From the human T2T-CHM13v2.0 reference genome, Homo sapiens, in NCBI RefSeq assembly GCF_009914755.1, contig NC_060948.1: a stretch of 64,000 bases of DNA; one strand, given 5' to 3'. Positions 30,001-45,931 of this stretch are shown piece after piece (position 1 is the stretch's first letter; each line of letters opens with the position of its first letter). The notes under the pieces are model-generated. The model saw only the letters and a list, made by a program, of their open reading frames with translations, was not told the origin of the DNA and searched no databases. A program made the translations under genes and the position numbers.

Positions 30001-33000
30001 GAATCGAAACGAAAGGAATGGAGACAGATGGAATGGAATGGAACAGAGAGCAATGGTATAGAATGGAATGGAATCATCTGGAATGGAATTGAATGGAATG
30101 GAATAATATGAAATGGAATGGAATGGAATGGAATGCCCTTGAATTAAATGGACTGGAATGGAATGGACTCGAACAGAGTGGAATGGAAAGTGTTGACATA
30201 GAATGGAATGGACTCGTTTGGAATGGTGTAGTATGCAATGCAATCGACTGGCAGGGAATCAAAAGGAATGTAATGGAATGGATTGGACTGGAATGCAATG
30301 GACTCGAATAGATTGGAAACGGAATGCAAAGGAATGGAATGGAATAGTATGGAATGGAATGGAAAGGAATGGAGTGGAATAGACTAGAGTGGAATGGAAT
30401 GGACTGGAAAGCAATGGACTGGAATGGAACTTTCTTGAATGGACTGGAATCAAACGGAATGGAATGCAATGCAATCAAATGGCATGGAATAAAATAGAAT
30501 GAAAGAGAATCAAATGGAATTGAATCGAATGGAATCGAATGGATTGGAAAGAATAGAATGGAATGGAATGGAATTGACTCAAATGGAATGGACTAGAATG
30601 GAATGGATTCGAATGGAAGGCAAAGGAATGGAATCTATTGGAATGGACTGTAATGGAATGGAATGGAAGGGATTGGAATGGACTCAAATGGAATGGACTG
30701 CAATAGAAAGGATTCGAATGGAATGAAAAAGAATTGAATGGAATAGAACAGAATGGAATCAAATCGAATGAAATGGAATGGAATAGAAAGGAATGGAATG
30801 AAATGGAATGGAAAGGATTCGAATGGAATGCAATCGAATGGAATGGAATCGAACGGTATGGAATAAAATGGAAGAAAACTGGCAAGAAATGGAATCGAAA
30901 TGAATGGAGTGTTATGGAACGGACTCAAAAGGAATTGAATGTAATAGAATGGAGTGGAGTGGACTCGAATATAATGGACTGGAATGGAATGAAATCACAT
31001 GGAATGGGAACGAATGGAATGGAATGGAAAGGAATGGAATCGAATGGAATCGAATTGAATGGAATCGAATGGAAGGGAATGAAATTGAATCAACAGGAAT
31101 GGAAGGGAATAGAATAGACGGTAATGGAATGGACTCGAATAGAATGGACACGAATGCTCAAATTGAATGGACTCGAATGGAATGGAAACGAAAGGAATGT
31201 CATCGAATGGAATTGAATCGATTGGAATGAAATCGCATAGAATGGAGTGGAATCAAATGGAATTGAATCGAAAGGAAAGGAAGCGAATGGACTGAAATGA
31301 AATGGAATGGAATTGAATGGAAAGTTATGTAATAGAATAGAATGGAACGAAATTTCACGGAATGGAATCAAACTGAATGGAATCAAATCAATGGAATCAA
31401 ATCAAATGGAATGGAAAGGAATTGAATGGAGTAGATTGGATTGGATGGGATTGGAATGAAATGTACTGGAAAGGACTCGAATTTCATGAAACGGAATGCA
31501 ATGAATTGGAACGGAACGGACTCGAATGGAATGGAATGTCATGGAATGGCATCAAATGGAATGGCATCAAATGGAATGGAATCGAATGCAATGGAATGCT
31601 ATGGAATGGAATGGAATGCATTGGAATGGAATGTCCTCTAATGGAATGGATTCGAGTGGAATGGAATCGAATATAATGGAGTCGAATGAAATGGAATTGA
31701 AAGGAATGGGATCGAATACAATGGAATATACTGGAATGTAATGTAATGAACTCGAATGTAATTGACTGGAGTGGAATGTACATGCATGGAATGTAATCGA
31801 ATGGAAAGTAATCCAATGGAATAGAATCTAATGCAATAAAATCGACTCAGATAGAGTAGAATGTAATGGAATGGAGTGCAGTGCCATGGAATGGAATGGA
31901 ATGGAATGCAATGGAATGGAATGGAATGCAATGGAATGGAATGGAATGGAATGGAATGGGATGGAATGGTGTGGAATGGATAGTAATGGACTGGAGTGAA
32001 ATGGACTGGAAAGGAATGGACTCAAATTGAAAGGGCTCGAAAGGAATGGAGTCAAATGGAATGGTCTGGAATGGAATGAACACGAATGTAATGCAATCCA
32101 ATAGAATGGAATCGAATGGCATGGAATATAAAGAAATGGAATCGAAGAGAATGGAAACAAATGGAATGGAATTGAATGGAATGGAATTGAATGGAATGGG
32201 AACGAATGGAGTGAAATTGTATGCAGTAGAAGGGAATAGAATGGAATGCAAGCGAAAGGAAAGGAATGGATTGGAATGGAATGGAATTCATTGGAATGGA
32301 AGGGAATGTAGTGTAATGGACAGGCCTGGAATAAAGTGGAATGCTACGGTCTCGAATGGAATAAAAATGTATGGAATGGAATGCAATGAAACGGAATCGA
32401 ATGTCATAGAATGTAATGGAATGCAAAAAAATGGAATCCAAAATCATTGACTGGAAAGGCTGGGTGTCGAAAGGAATTGACTCCAATGGAATGGAATTGA
32501 ATGGAATGGAAGAGAATAGAATCGAACTAAATCGAATGGAATGGAATTGATAGGAACGGAATGGAAAGGAATGCAATCATTTGGCATGGAATGGAATCGA
32601 ATGGCATCGAATGGAATGGAATGGAATGCAATGGAATGGAATGTATTAGAATGTAATGAACTTTAATGGAATGTACTCGAATGGAATCGACTGGAATGGA
32701 ATGTTCTGGAAGTGAATGGACTCCAATGGAATGGATTCAAAAGGAATGGAATCGTACGGAATGGAATCTAATGGAATGGAATTAAATGGAAATGAATCAA
32801 ACTGAATAGAACGGAATTGAATTGAATGGAATCGAATGCAATGGAATCTAATGAAACGGAAAGGAAAGGAATGGAATGGAATGGAATGGGCTGGAATGGA
32901 AAGGAATCGAAACGAATGGAATGGAATCGAACTGAAGAGACTGGAATGGAATGCACTGGATGGAAGGGAGTGTAATGGAAGGTTCTCGAAAAAAATGGAA

Positions 33001-36000
33001 TCGAATGGAATGGAATTGAATGGAACGGAATAGAGTCGAATGGAATTGAATGGAATGGAATGGACTAGAGTGAAATGGAATCGAACCACAAGGAATGGAC
33101 AGGAATAGAATGGTCTCGAATTGAATGGAATCGTATGGAATGGCATCAAACGGAATGGAATGGACAGCCACGGAATGGAATGCACTCGAATGCAATGGAG
33201 TCGAAACTAATGGACTGGAATAGAATGGACTCGACTGGTACGGACTCCAATGGAATGGAATCGAATGGAAGGGAATCGAACGGAATGGACTCGAAGGGAA
33301 AAGACTGCAATGGAAAGGTCTCGAATGGAATGGAAATTAATGGAATGGAATGGAATCGAATGAAATGGAGTCAAAAGGAATGGAATCGAATGGCAAGAAA
33401 TCGAATGTAATGGAATCGCAAGGAATTGATGTGAACGGAACGGAATGGAATGGAATCCAAAGGAATGGAATAGAATGGAATGGAATCGAATGGAAAGGAC
33501 TCGAATGGAAATCACTCGAATAGAATGCAATTTAATAAAATAGGATCAAATGTAATGGAATGGAATGGAAAGGAATCGAAACGAAAGGAATGGAGACAGA
33601 TGGAATGGAATGGAACAGAGAGCAATGGTATAGAATGGAATGGAATCATCTGGAATGGAATTGAATGGAATGGAATAATATGAAATGGAATGGAATGGAA
33701 TGGAATGGAATGCCCTTGAATTAAATGGACTGGAATGGAATGGACTCGAACAGAGTGGAATGGAAAGTGTTGAGATAGAATGGAATGGACTCCTTTGGAA
33801 TGGAGTAGTATGCAATGCAATCGACTGGCAGGGAATCAAAAGGAATGTAATGGAATGGATTGGACTGGAATGCAATGGACTCGAATAGATTGGAAACGGA
33901 ATGCAAAGGAATGGAATGGAATAGTATGGAATGGAATGGAAAGGAATGGAGTGGAATAGACTAGAGTGGAATGGAATGGACTCGAAAGCAATGGACTGGA
34001 ATGGAACTTTCTTGAATGGACTGGAATCAAACGGAATGGAATGCAATGCAATCAAATGGCATGGAATAAAATAGAATGAAAGAGAATCAAATGGAATTGA
34101 ATCGAATGGAATCGAATGGATTGGAAAGGAATAGAATGGAATGGAATGGAATTGACTCAAATGGAATGGACTAGAATGGAATGGATTCAAATGGAAGGCA
34201 AAGGAATGGAATCTATTGGAATGGACTGTAATGGAATGGAATGGAAGGGATTGGAATGGACTCGAATGGAATGGACTGCAATAGAAAGGATTCGAATGGA
34301 ATGAAAAAGAATTGAATGGAATAGAACAGAATGGAATCAAATCGAATGAAATGGAATGGAATAGAAAGGAATGGAATGAAATGGAATGGAAAGGATTCGA
34401 ATGGAATGCAATCGAATGGAATGGAATCGAACGGAATGGAATAAAATGGAAGAAAACTGGCAAGAAATGGAATCGAAATGAATGGAGTGTTATGGAACGG
34501 ACTCAAAAGGAATTGAATGTAATAGAATGGAGTGGAGTGGACTCGAATATAATGGACTGGAATGGAATGAAATCACATGGAATGGGAACGAATGGAATGG
34601 AATGGAAAGGAATGGAATCGAATGGAAAGGAATCGAATGGAAGGGAATGAAATTGAATCAACAGGAATGGAAGAGAATAGAATAGACGGTAATGGAATGG
34701 ACTCGAATAGAATGGACACGAATGCTCAAATTGAATGGACTCGAATGGAATGGAAACGAAAGGAATGTCATCGAATGGAATTGAATCGATTGGAATGAAA
34801 TCGCATAGAATGGAGTGGAATCAAATGGAATTGAATCGAAAGGAAAGGAAGCGAATGGACTGAAATGAAATGGAATGGAATTGAATGGAAAGTTATGTAA
34901 TGGAATAGAATGGAACGAAATTTCACGGAATGCAATCAAACTGAATGGAATCAAATCAATGGAATCAAATCAAATGGAATGGAAAGGAATTGAATGGAGT
35001 AGATTGGATTGGATGGGATTGGAATGAAATATACTGGAAAGGACTCGAATTTCATGAAACGGAATGGAATGAATTGGAACGGAACGGACTCGAATGGAAT
35101 GGAATGTCATGGAATGGCATCAAATGGAATGGCATCAAATGGAATGGAATCGAATGCAATGGAGTGCTATGGAATGGAATGGAATGCATTGGAATGGAAT
35201 GTCCTCTAATGGACTGGATTCGAGTGGAATGGAATCGAATATAATGGAGTCGAATGAAATGGAATTGAAAGGAATGGGATCGAATATAATGGAATATACT
35301 GGAATGTAATGTAATGAACTCGAATGTAATTGACTGGAATGGAATGTACATGAATGGAATGTAATCGAATGGAAAGTAATCCAATGGAATAGAATCTAAT
35401 GCAATAAAATCGACTCAGATAGAGTAGAATGTAATGGAATGGAGTGCAGTGCAATGGAATGGAATGGAATGGAATGCAATGGAATGGAATGGAATGGAAT
35501 GGAATGCAATGGGATGGTGTGGAATGGATAGTAATGGACTGGAGTGAAATGGACTGGAAAGGAATGGACTCAAATTGAAAGGGCTCGAAAGGATTGGAGT
35601 CAAATGGAATGGTCTGGAATGGAATGAACACGAATGTAATGCAATCCAATAGAATGGAATCGAATGGCATGGAATATAAAGAAATGGAATCGAAGAGAAT
35701 GGAAACAAATGGAATGGAATTGAATGGAATGGAATTGAATGGAATGGGAACGAATGGAGTGAAATTGTATGCAGTAGAAGAGAATAGAATGGAATGCAAG
35801 CGAAAGGAAAGGAATGGATTGGAATGGAATGGAATTCATTGGAATGGAAGGGAATGTAGTGTAATGGACAGGCCTGGAATAAAGTGGAATGCTACGGTCT
35901 CGAATGGAATAAAAATGTATGGAATGGAATGCAATGAAACGGAATCGAATGTCATAGAATGTAATGGAATGCAAAAAAATGGAATCCAAAATCATTGACT

Positions 36001-39000
36001 GGAAAGGCTGGGTGTCGAAAGGAATTGACTCCAATGGAATGGAATCGAATGGAATGGAAGTGAATAGAATCGAACTAAATCGAATGGAATGGAATTGATA
36101 GGAACGGAATGGAAAGGAATGCAATGATTTGGCATGGAATGCAATCGAATGGCATCGAATGGAATGGAATGGAATGCAATGGAATGGAATGTATTAGAAT
36201 GTAATGAACTTTAATGGTATGTACTCGAATGGATTCGACTGGAATGGAATGTTCTGGAAGTGAATGGACTCCAATGGAATGGATTCAAAAGGAATGGAAT
36301 CGTACGGAATGGAATCTAATGGAATGGAATTAAATGGAAATGAATCAAATTGAATAGCACGGAATTGAATTGAATGGAATGGAATGCAATGGAATCTAAT
36401 GAAACGGAAAGGAAAGGAATGGAATGGAATGGAATGGGCTGGAATGGAAAGGAATCGAAACGAATGGAATGGAATCGAAGTGAAGAGACTGGAATGGAAT
36501 GCACTGGAATGGAAGGGAGTGTAATGGAAGGTTCTCGAAAAAAATGGAATCGAATGGAATGGAATTGAATGGAACGGAATAGAGTCGAATGGAATTGAAT
36601 GGAATGGAATGGACTAGAGTGAAATGGAATCGAACCACAAGGAATGGACAGGAATAGAATGGTCTCGAATTGAATGGAATCGTATGGAATGGCATCAAAC
36701 GGAATGGAATGGACAGCCACGGAATGGAATGCACTCGAATGCAATGGAGTCGAAACTAATGGACTGGAATAGAATGGACTCGACTGGTACGGACTCCAAT
36801 GGAATGGAATCGAATGGAAGGGAATCGAACGGAATGGACTCGAAGGGAAAAGACTGCAATGGAAAGGTCTCGAATGGAATGGAAATTAATGGAATGGAAT
36901 GGAATCGAATGAAATGGAGTCAAAAGGAATGGAATCGAATGGCAAGAAATCGAATGTAATGGAATCGCAAGGAATTGATGTGAACGGAACGGAATGGAAT
37001 GGAATCCAAAGGAATGGAATAGAATGGAATGGAATCGAATGGAAAGGACTCGAATGGAAATCACTCGAATAGAATGCAATTTAATAAAATAGGATCAAAT
37101 GTAATGGAATGGAATGGAAAGGAATCGAAACGAAAGGAATGGAGACAGATGGAATGGAATGGAACAGAGAGCAATGGTATAGAATGGAATGGAATCATCT
37201 GGAATGGAATTGAATGGAATGGAATAACATGAAATGGACTGGAATGGAATGGAATGCCCTTGAATTAAATGGACTGGAATGGAATGGACTCGAACAGAGT
37301 GGAATGGAAAGTGTTGAAATAGAATGGAATGGACTGGTTTGGAATGGTCTAGTATGCAATGCAATCGACTGGCAGGGAATCAAAAGGAATGTAATCGAAT
37401 GGATTGGACTGGAATGCAATGGACTCGAATAGATTGGAAACGGAATGCAAAGGAATGGAATGGAATAGTATGGAATGGAATGGAAAGGAATGGAGTGGAA
37501 TAGACTAGAGTGGAATGGAATGGACTCGAAAGCAATGGACTGGAATGGAACTTTCTTGAATGGACTGGAATCAAACGGAATGGAATGCAATGCAATCAAA
37601 TGGCATGGAATAAAATAGAATGAAAGAGAATCAAATGGAATTGAATCGAATGGAATCGAATGGATTGGAAAGGAATAGAATGGAATGGAATGGAATTGAC
37701 TCAAATGGAATGGACTAGAATGGAATGGATTCGAATGGAAGGCAAAGGAATGGAATCTATTGGAATGGACTGTAATGGAATGGAATGGAAGGGATTGGAA
37801 TGGACTCGAATGGAATGGACTGCAATAGAAAGGATTCGAATGGAATGAAAAAGAATTGAATGGAATAGAACAGAATGGAATCAAATCGAATGAAATGGAA
37901 TGGAATAGAAAGGAATGGAATGAAATGGAATGGAAAGGATTCGAATGGAATGCAATCGAATGGAATGGAATCGAACGGAATGGAATAAAATGGAAGAAAA
38001 CTGGCAAGAAATGGAATCGAAATGAATGGAGTGTTATGGAACGGACTCAAAAGGAATTGAATGTAATAGAATGGAGTGGAGTGGACTCGAATATAATGGA
38101 CTGGAATGGAATGAAATCACATGGAATGGGAACGAATGGAATGGAATGGAAAGGAATGGAATCGAATGGGAAGGAATCGAATGGAAGGGAATGAAATTGA
38201 ATCAACAGGAATGGAAGGGAATAGAATAGACGGTAATGGAATGGACTCGAATAGAATGGACACAAATGCTCAAATTGAATGGACTCGAATGCAATGGAAA
38301 CGAAAGGAATGTCATCGAATGGAATTGAATCGATTGGAATGAAATCGCATAGAATGGAGTGGAATCAAATGGAATTGAATCGAAAGGAAAGGAAGCGAAT
38401 GGACTGAAATGAAATGGAATGGAATTGAATGGAAAGTTATGTAATGGAATAGAATGGAACGAAATTTCAGGGAATACAATCAAACTGAATGGAATCAAAT
38501 CAATGGAATCAAATCAAATGGAATGGAAAGGAATTGAATGGAGTAGATTGGATTGGATGGGATTGGAATGAAATGTACTGGAAAGGACTCGAATTTCATG
38601 AAACGGAATGGAATGAATTGGAACGGAACGGACTCGAATGGAATGGAATGTCATGGAATGGCATCAAATGGAATGGCATCAAATGGAATGGAATCGAATG
38701 CAATGGAGTGCTATGGAATGGAATGGAATGCATTGGAATGGAATGTCCTCTAATGGAATGGATTCGAGTGGAATGGAATCGAATATAATGGAGTCGAATG
38801 AAATGGAATTGAAAGGAATGGGATCGAATACAATGGAATATACTGGAATGTAATGTAATGAACACGAATGTAATTGACTGGAATGGAATGTACATGAATG
38901 GAATGTAATTGAATGGAAAGTAATCCAATGGAATAGAATCTAATGCAATAAAATCGACTCAGATAGAGTAGAATGTAATGGAATGGAGTGCAGTGCAATG

Positions 39001-42000
39001 GAATGGAATGGAATGGAATGCAATGGAATGGAATGGAATGGAATGGAATGGGATGGAATGGTGTGGAATGGATAGTAATGGACTGGAGTGAAATGGACTG
39101 GAAAGGAATGGACTCAAATTGAAAGGGCTCGAAAGGAATGGAGTCAAATGGAATGGTCTGGAATGGAATGAACACGAATGTAATGCAATCCAATAGAATG
39201 GAATCGAATGGCATGGAATATAAAGAAATGGAATCGAAGAGAATGGAAACAAATGGAATGGAATTGAATGGAATGGAATTGAATGGAATGGGAACGAATG
39301 GAGTGAAATTGTATGCAGTAGAAGAGAATAGAATGGAATGCAAGCGAAAGGAAAGGAATGGATTGGAATGGAATGGAATTCATTGGAATGGAAGGGAATG
39401 TAGTGTAATGGACAGGCCTGGAATAAAGTGGAATGCTACGGTCTCGAATGGAATAAAAATGTATTGAATGGAATGCAATGAAACGGAATCGAATGTCATA
39501 GAATGTAATGGAATGCAAAAAAATGGAATCCAAAATCATTGACTGGAAAGGCTGGGTGTCGAAAGGAATTGACTCCAATGGAATGGAATCGAATGGAATG
39601 GAAGTGAATAGAATCGAACTAAATCGAATGGAATGGAATTGATAGGAACGGAATGGAAAGGAATGCAATGATTTGGCATGGAATGCAATCGAATGGCATC
39701 GAATGGAATGGAATGGAATGCAATGGAATGGAATGTATTAGAATGTAATGAACTTTAATGGAATGTACTCGAATGGATTCGACTGGAATGGAATGTTCTG
39801 GAAGTGAATGGACTCCAATGGAATGGATTCAAAAGGAATGGAATCGTACGGAATGGAATCTAATGGAATGGAATTAAATGGAAATGAATCAAATTGAATA
39901 GCACGGAATTGAATTGAGTGGAATCGAATGCAATGGAATCTAATGAAACGGAAAGGAAAGGAATGGAATGGAATGGAATGGGCTGGAATGGAAAGGAATC
40001 GAAACGAATGGAATGGAATCGAACTGAAGAGACTGGAATGGAATGCACTGGAATGGAAGGGAGTGTAATGGAAGGTTGTCGAAAAAAATGGAATCGAATG
40101 GAATGGAATTGAATGGAACGGAATAGAGTCGAATGGAATTGAATGGAATGGAATGGACTAGAGTGAAATGGAATCGAACCACAAGGAATGGACAGGAATA
40201 GAATGGTCTCGAATTGAATGGAATCGTATGGAATGGCATCAAACGGAATGGAATGGACAGCCACGGAATGGAATGCACTCGAATGCAATGGAGTCGAAAC
40301 TAATGGACTGGAATAGAATGGACTCGACTGGTACGGACTCCAATGGAATGGAATCGAATGGAAGGGAATCGAACGGAATGGACTCGAAGGGAAAAGACTG
40401 CAATGGAGAGGTCTCGAATGGAATGGAAATTAATGGAATGGAATGGAATCGAATGAAATGGAGTCAAAAGGAATGGAATCGAATGGCAAGAAATCGAATG
40501 TAATGGAATCGCAAGGAATTGATGTGAACGGAACGGAATGGAATGGAATCCAAAGGAATGGAATAGAATGGAATGGAATCGAATGGAAAGGACTCGAATG
40601 GAAATCACTCGAATAGAATGCAATTTAATAAAATAGGATCAAATGTAATGGAATGGAATGGAAAGGAATCGAAACGAAAGGAATGGAGACAGATGGAATG
40701 GAATGGAACAGAGAGCAATGGTATAGAATGGAATGGAATCATCTGGAATGGAATTGAATGGAATGGAATAACATGAAATGGACTGGAATGGAATGGAATG
40801 CCCTTGAATTAAATGGACTGGAATGGAATGGACTCGAACAGAGTGGAATGGAAAGTGTTGAAATAGAATGGAATGGACTGGTTTGGAATGGTCTAGTATG
40901 CAATGCAATCGACTGGCAGGGAATCAAAAGGAATGTAATCGAATGGATTGGACTGGAATGCAATGGACTCGAATAGATTGGAAACGGAATGCAAAGGAAT
41001 GGAATGGAATAGTATGGAATGGAATGGAAAGGAATGGAGTGGAATAGACTAGAGTGGAATGGAATGGACTCGAAAGCAATGGACTGGAATGGAACTTTCC
41101 TGAATGGACTGGAATCAAACGGAATGGAATGCAATGCAATCAAATGGCATGGAATAAAATAGAATGAAAGAGAATCAAATGGAATTGAATCGAATGGAAT
41201 CGAATGGATTGGAAAGGAATAGAATGGAATGGAATGGAATTGACTCAAATGGAATGGACTAGAATGGAATGGATTCGAATGGAAGGCAAAGGAATGGAAT
41301 CTATTGGAATGGACTGTAATGGAATGGAATGGAAGGGATTGGAATGGACTCGAATGGAATGGACTGCAATAGAAAGGATTCGAATGGAATGAAAAAGAAT
41401 TGAATGGAATAGAACAGAATGGAATCAAATCGAATGAAATGGAATGGAATAGAAAGGAATGGAATGAAATGGAATGGAAAGGATTCGAATGGAATGCAAT
41501 CGAATGGAATGGAATCGAACGCAATGGAATAAAATGGAAGAAAACTGGCAAGAAATGGAATCGAAATGAATGGAGTGTTATGGAACGGACTCAAAAGGAA
41601 TTGAATGTAATAGAATGGAGTGGAGTGGACTCGAATATAATGGACTGGAATGGAATGAAATCACATGGAATGGGAACGAATGGAATGGAATGGAAAGGAA
41701 TGGAATCGAATGGAAAGGAATCGAATGGAAGGGAATGAAATTGAATCAACAGGAATGGAAGGGAATAGAATAGACGGTAATGGAATGGACTCGAATAGAA
41801 TGGACACGAATGCTCAAATTGAATGGACTCGAATGGAATGGAAACGAAAGGAATGTCATCGAATGGAATTGAATCGATTGGAATGAAATCGCATAGAATG
41901 GAGTGGAATCAAATGGAATTGAATCGAAAGGAAAGGAAGCGAATGGACTGAAATGAAATGGAATGGAATTGAATGGAAAGTAATGCAATGGAATAGAATG

Positions 42001-42466
42001 GAACGAAATTTCACGGAATGGAATCAAACTGAATGGAATCAAATCAATGGAATCAAATCAAATGGAATGGAAAGGAATTGAATGGAGTAGATTGGATTGG
42101 ATGGGATTGGAATGAAATGTACTGGAAAGGACTCGAATTTCATGAAACGGAATGGAATGAATTGGAACGGAATGGACTCGAATGGAATGGAATGTCATGG
42201 AATGGCATCAAATGGAATGGCATCAAATGGAATGGAATCGAATGTAATGGAATGGAATGCATTGGAATGGAATGTCCTCTAATGGAATGGATTTGAGTGG
42301 AATGGAATCGAATATAATGGAGTCGAATGAAATGGAATTGAAAGGAATGGGATCGAATACAATGGAATATACTGGAATGTAATGTAATGAACTCGAATGT
42401 ATTTGACTGGAATGGAATGTACATGAATGGAATGTAATCGAATGGAAAGTAATCCAATGCAATAGA

Positions 42467-42469
<3 letters not shown>
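1..42469. repeat. DYZ1: DYZ1 / human satellite 3 (HSat3) tandem array, (GGAAT)n-derived, ~3.55-kb higher-order unit
   Basis: Seen: continuous degenerate GGAAT pentamers on +. A GAATTC landmark recurs at 321, 3850, 7414, 10963, 14520, 18079, 21613, 25177, 28711, 32284, 35832 and 39376 (periods 3529, 3564, 3549, 3557, 3559, 3534, 3564, 3534, 3573, 3548, 3544), each followed ~40 bp later by AGGCCT. The ORF track repeats with the same periods. Established: the classical DYZ1 unit is 3564 bp of TTCCA-type pentamers. Confidence 0.96.
39376..42469. repeat. Terminal truncated DYZ1 unit (3094 bp) ending at the junction
   Basis: Colinear with the other units up to ...AAGTAATCCAATGCAATAGAATC at 42469. 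Full units continue with TAATGCAATAAAATCGAC. Confidence 0.9.
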
Positions 42470-43511
<1,042 letters not shown>

Positions 43512-44076
43512 AGATCCATATTTTTTAAATGAAAAAAAATTTCAAAGGTACTCTGCTTGGTACAATAATCAAATGTATAAACTGAGGAATAAAACATAAC
43601 CATGAAACCTACTTATAACTGCATATGGAAAATACAGAGGATAATTTTTTAAATAACATATTGTTAAAGCCTTAACTAGTAATTTGAAGAGTTGGCATTT
43701 GAAAGGCCAGTATGAATATACCTTCACAGCAGCAACACAGGTTCCCCATGAGAAAAAGCAAACTCAGGGAAAATAAAACCACAAAGGTTCAATCTCTTCT
43801 GACCTTTGAAAGACACAGCACAGACAGTGGTCCTTAGGACGAAGAGCAGGAGACCCCTAATTCCGTCACCATGGCGATAGGGCATAAACATTGCTGGGTA
43901 AGGGCACAATCCACATTGTGAGCTCCAACTGCTGCCAGGAAGACAGCAGTGCTTTTACATAGACCGAAAGGTCATTGAAGGCTCAGAGTTTTGTTTCAAG
44001 AACTGAATCCCAAGCCCACACGTTATTAGGCTGCGCTTCTTAAAACAAGTTATGAGATGGGAAAAAGGGCACCCAC
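43512..44076. repeat. HSATI-like higher-complexity segment of DYZ2 (unit 1; also 45932-46496, 48352-48916, 50771-51335, 53190-53754, 55608-56172, 58026-58590, 60446-61010, 62866-63430)
   Basis: Seen: a ~565-bp mixed-composition block from AGATCCATATTTTTTAAATG to GGGCACCCAC follows every Alu. The HSATI name comes from the known DYZ2 composition, not from an alignment. Boundaries are approximate. Confidence 0.8.

Positions 44077-45931
<1,855 letters not shown>

Noticed and set aside
43724-43909. 61-aa minus-strand ORF (MCP.PA.FMPYRHGDG...) open in all nine DYZ2 units
   Set aside because: It is short, starts at TTG rather than ATG and resembles no protein I recognise. Its persistence is explained by the near-identity of the units, and several visible differences change amino acids.
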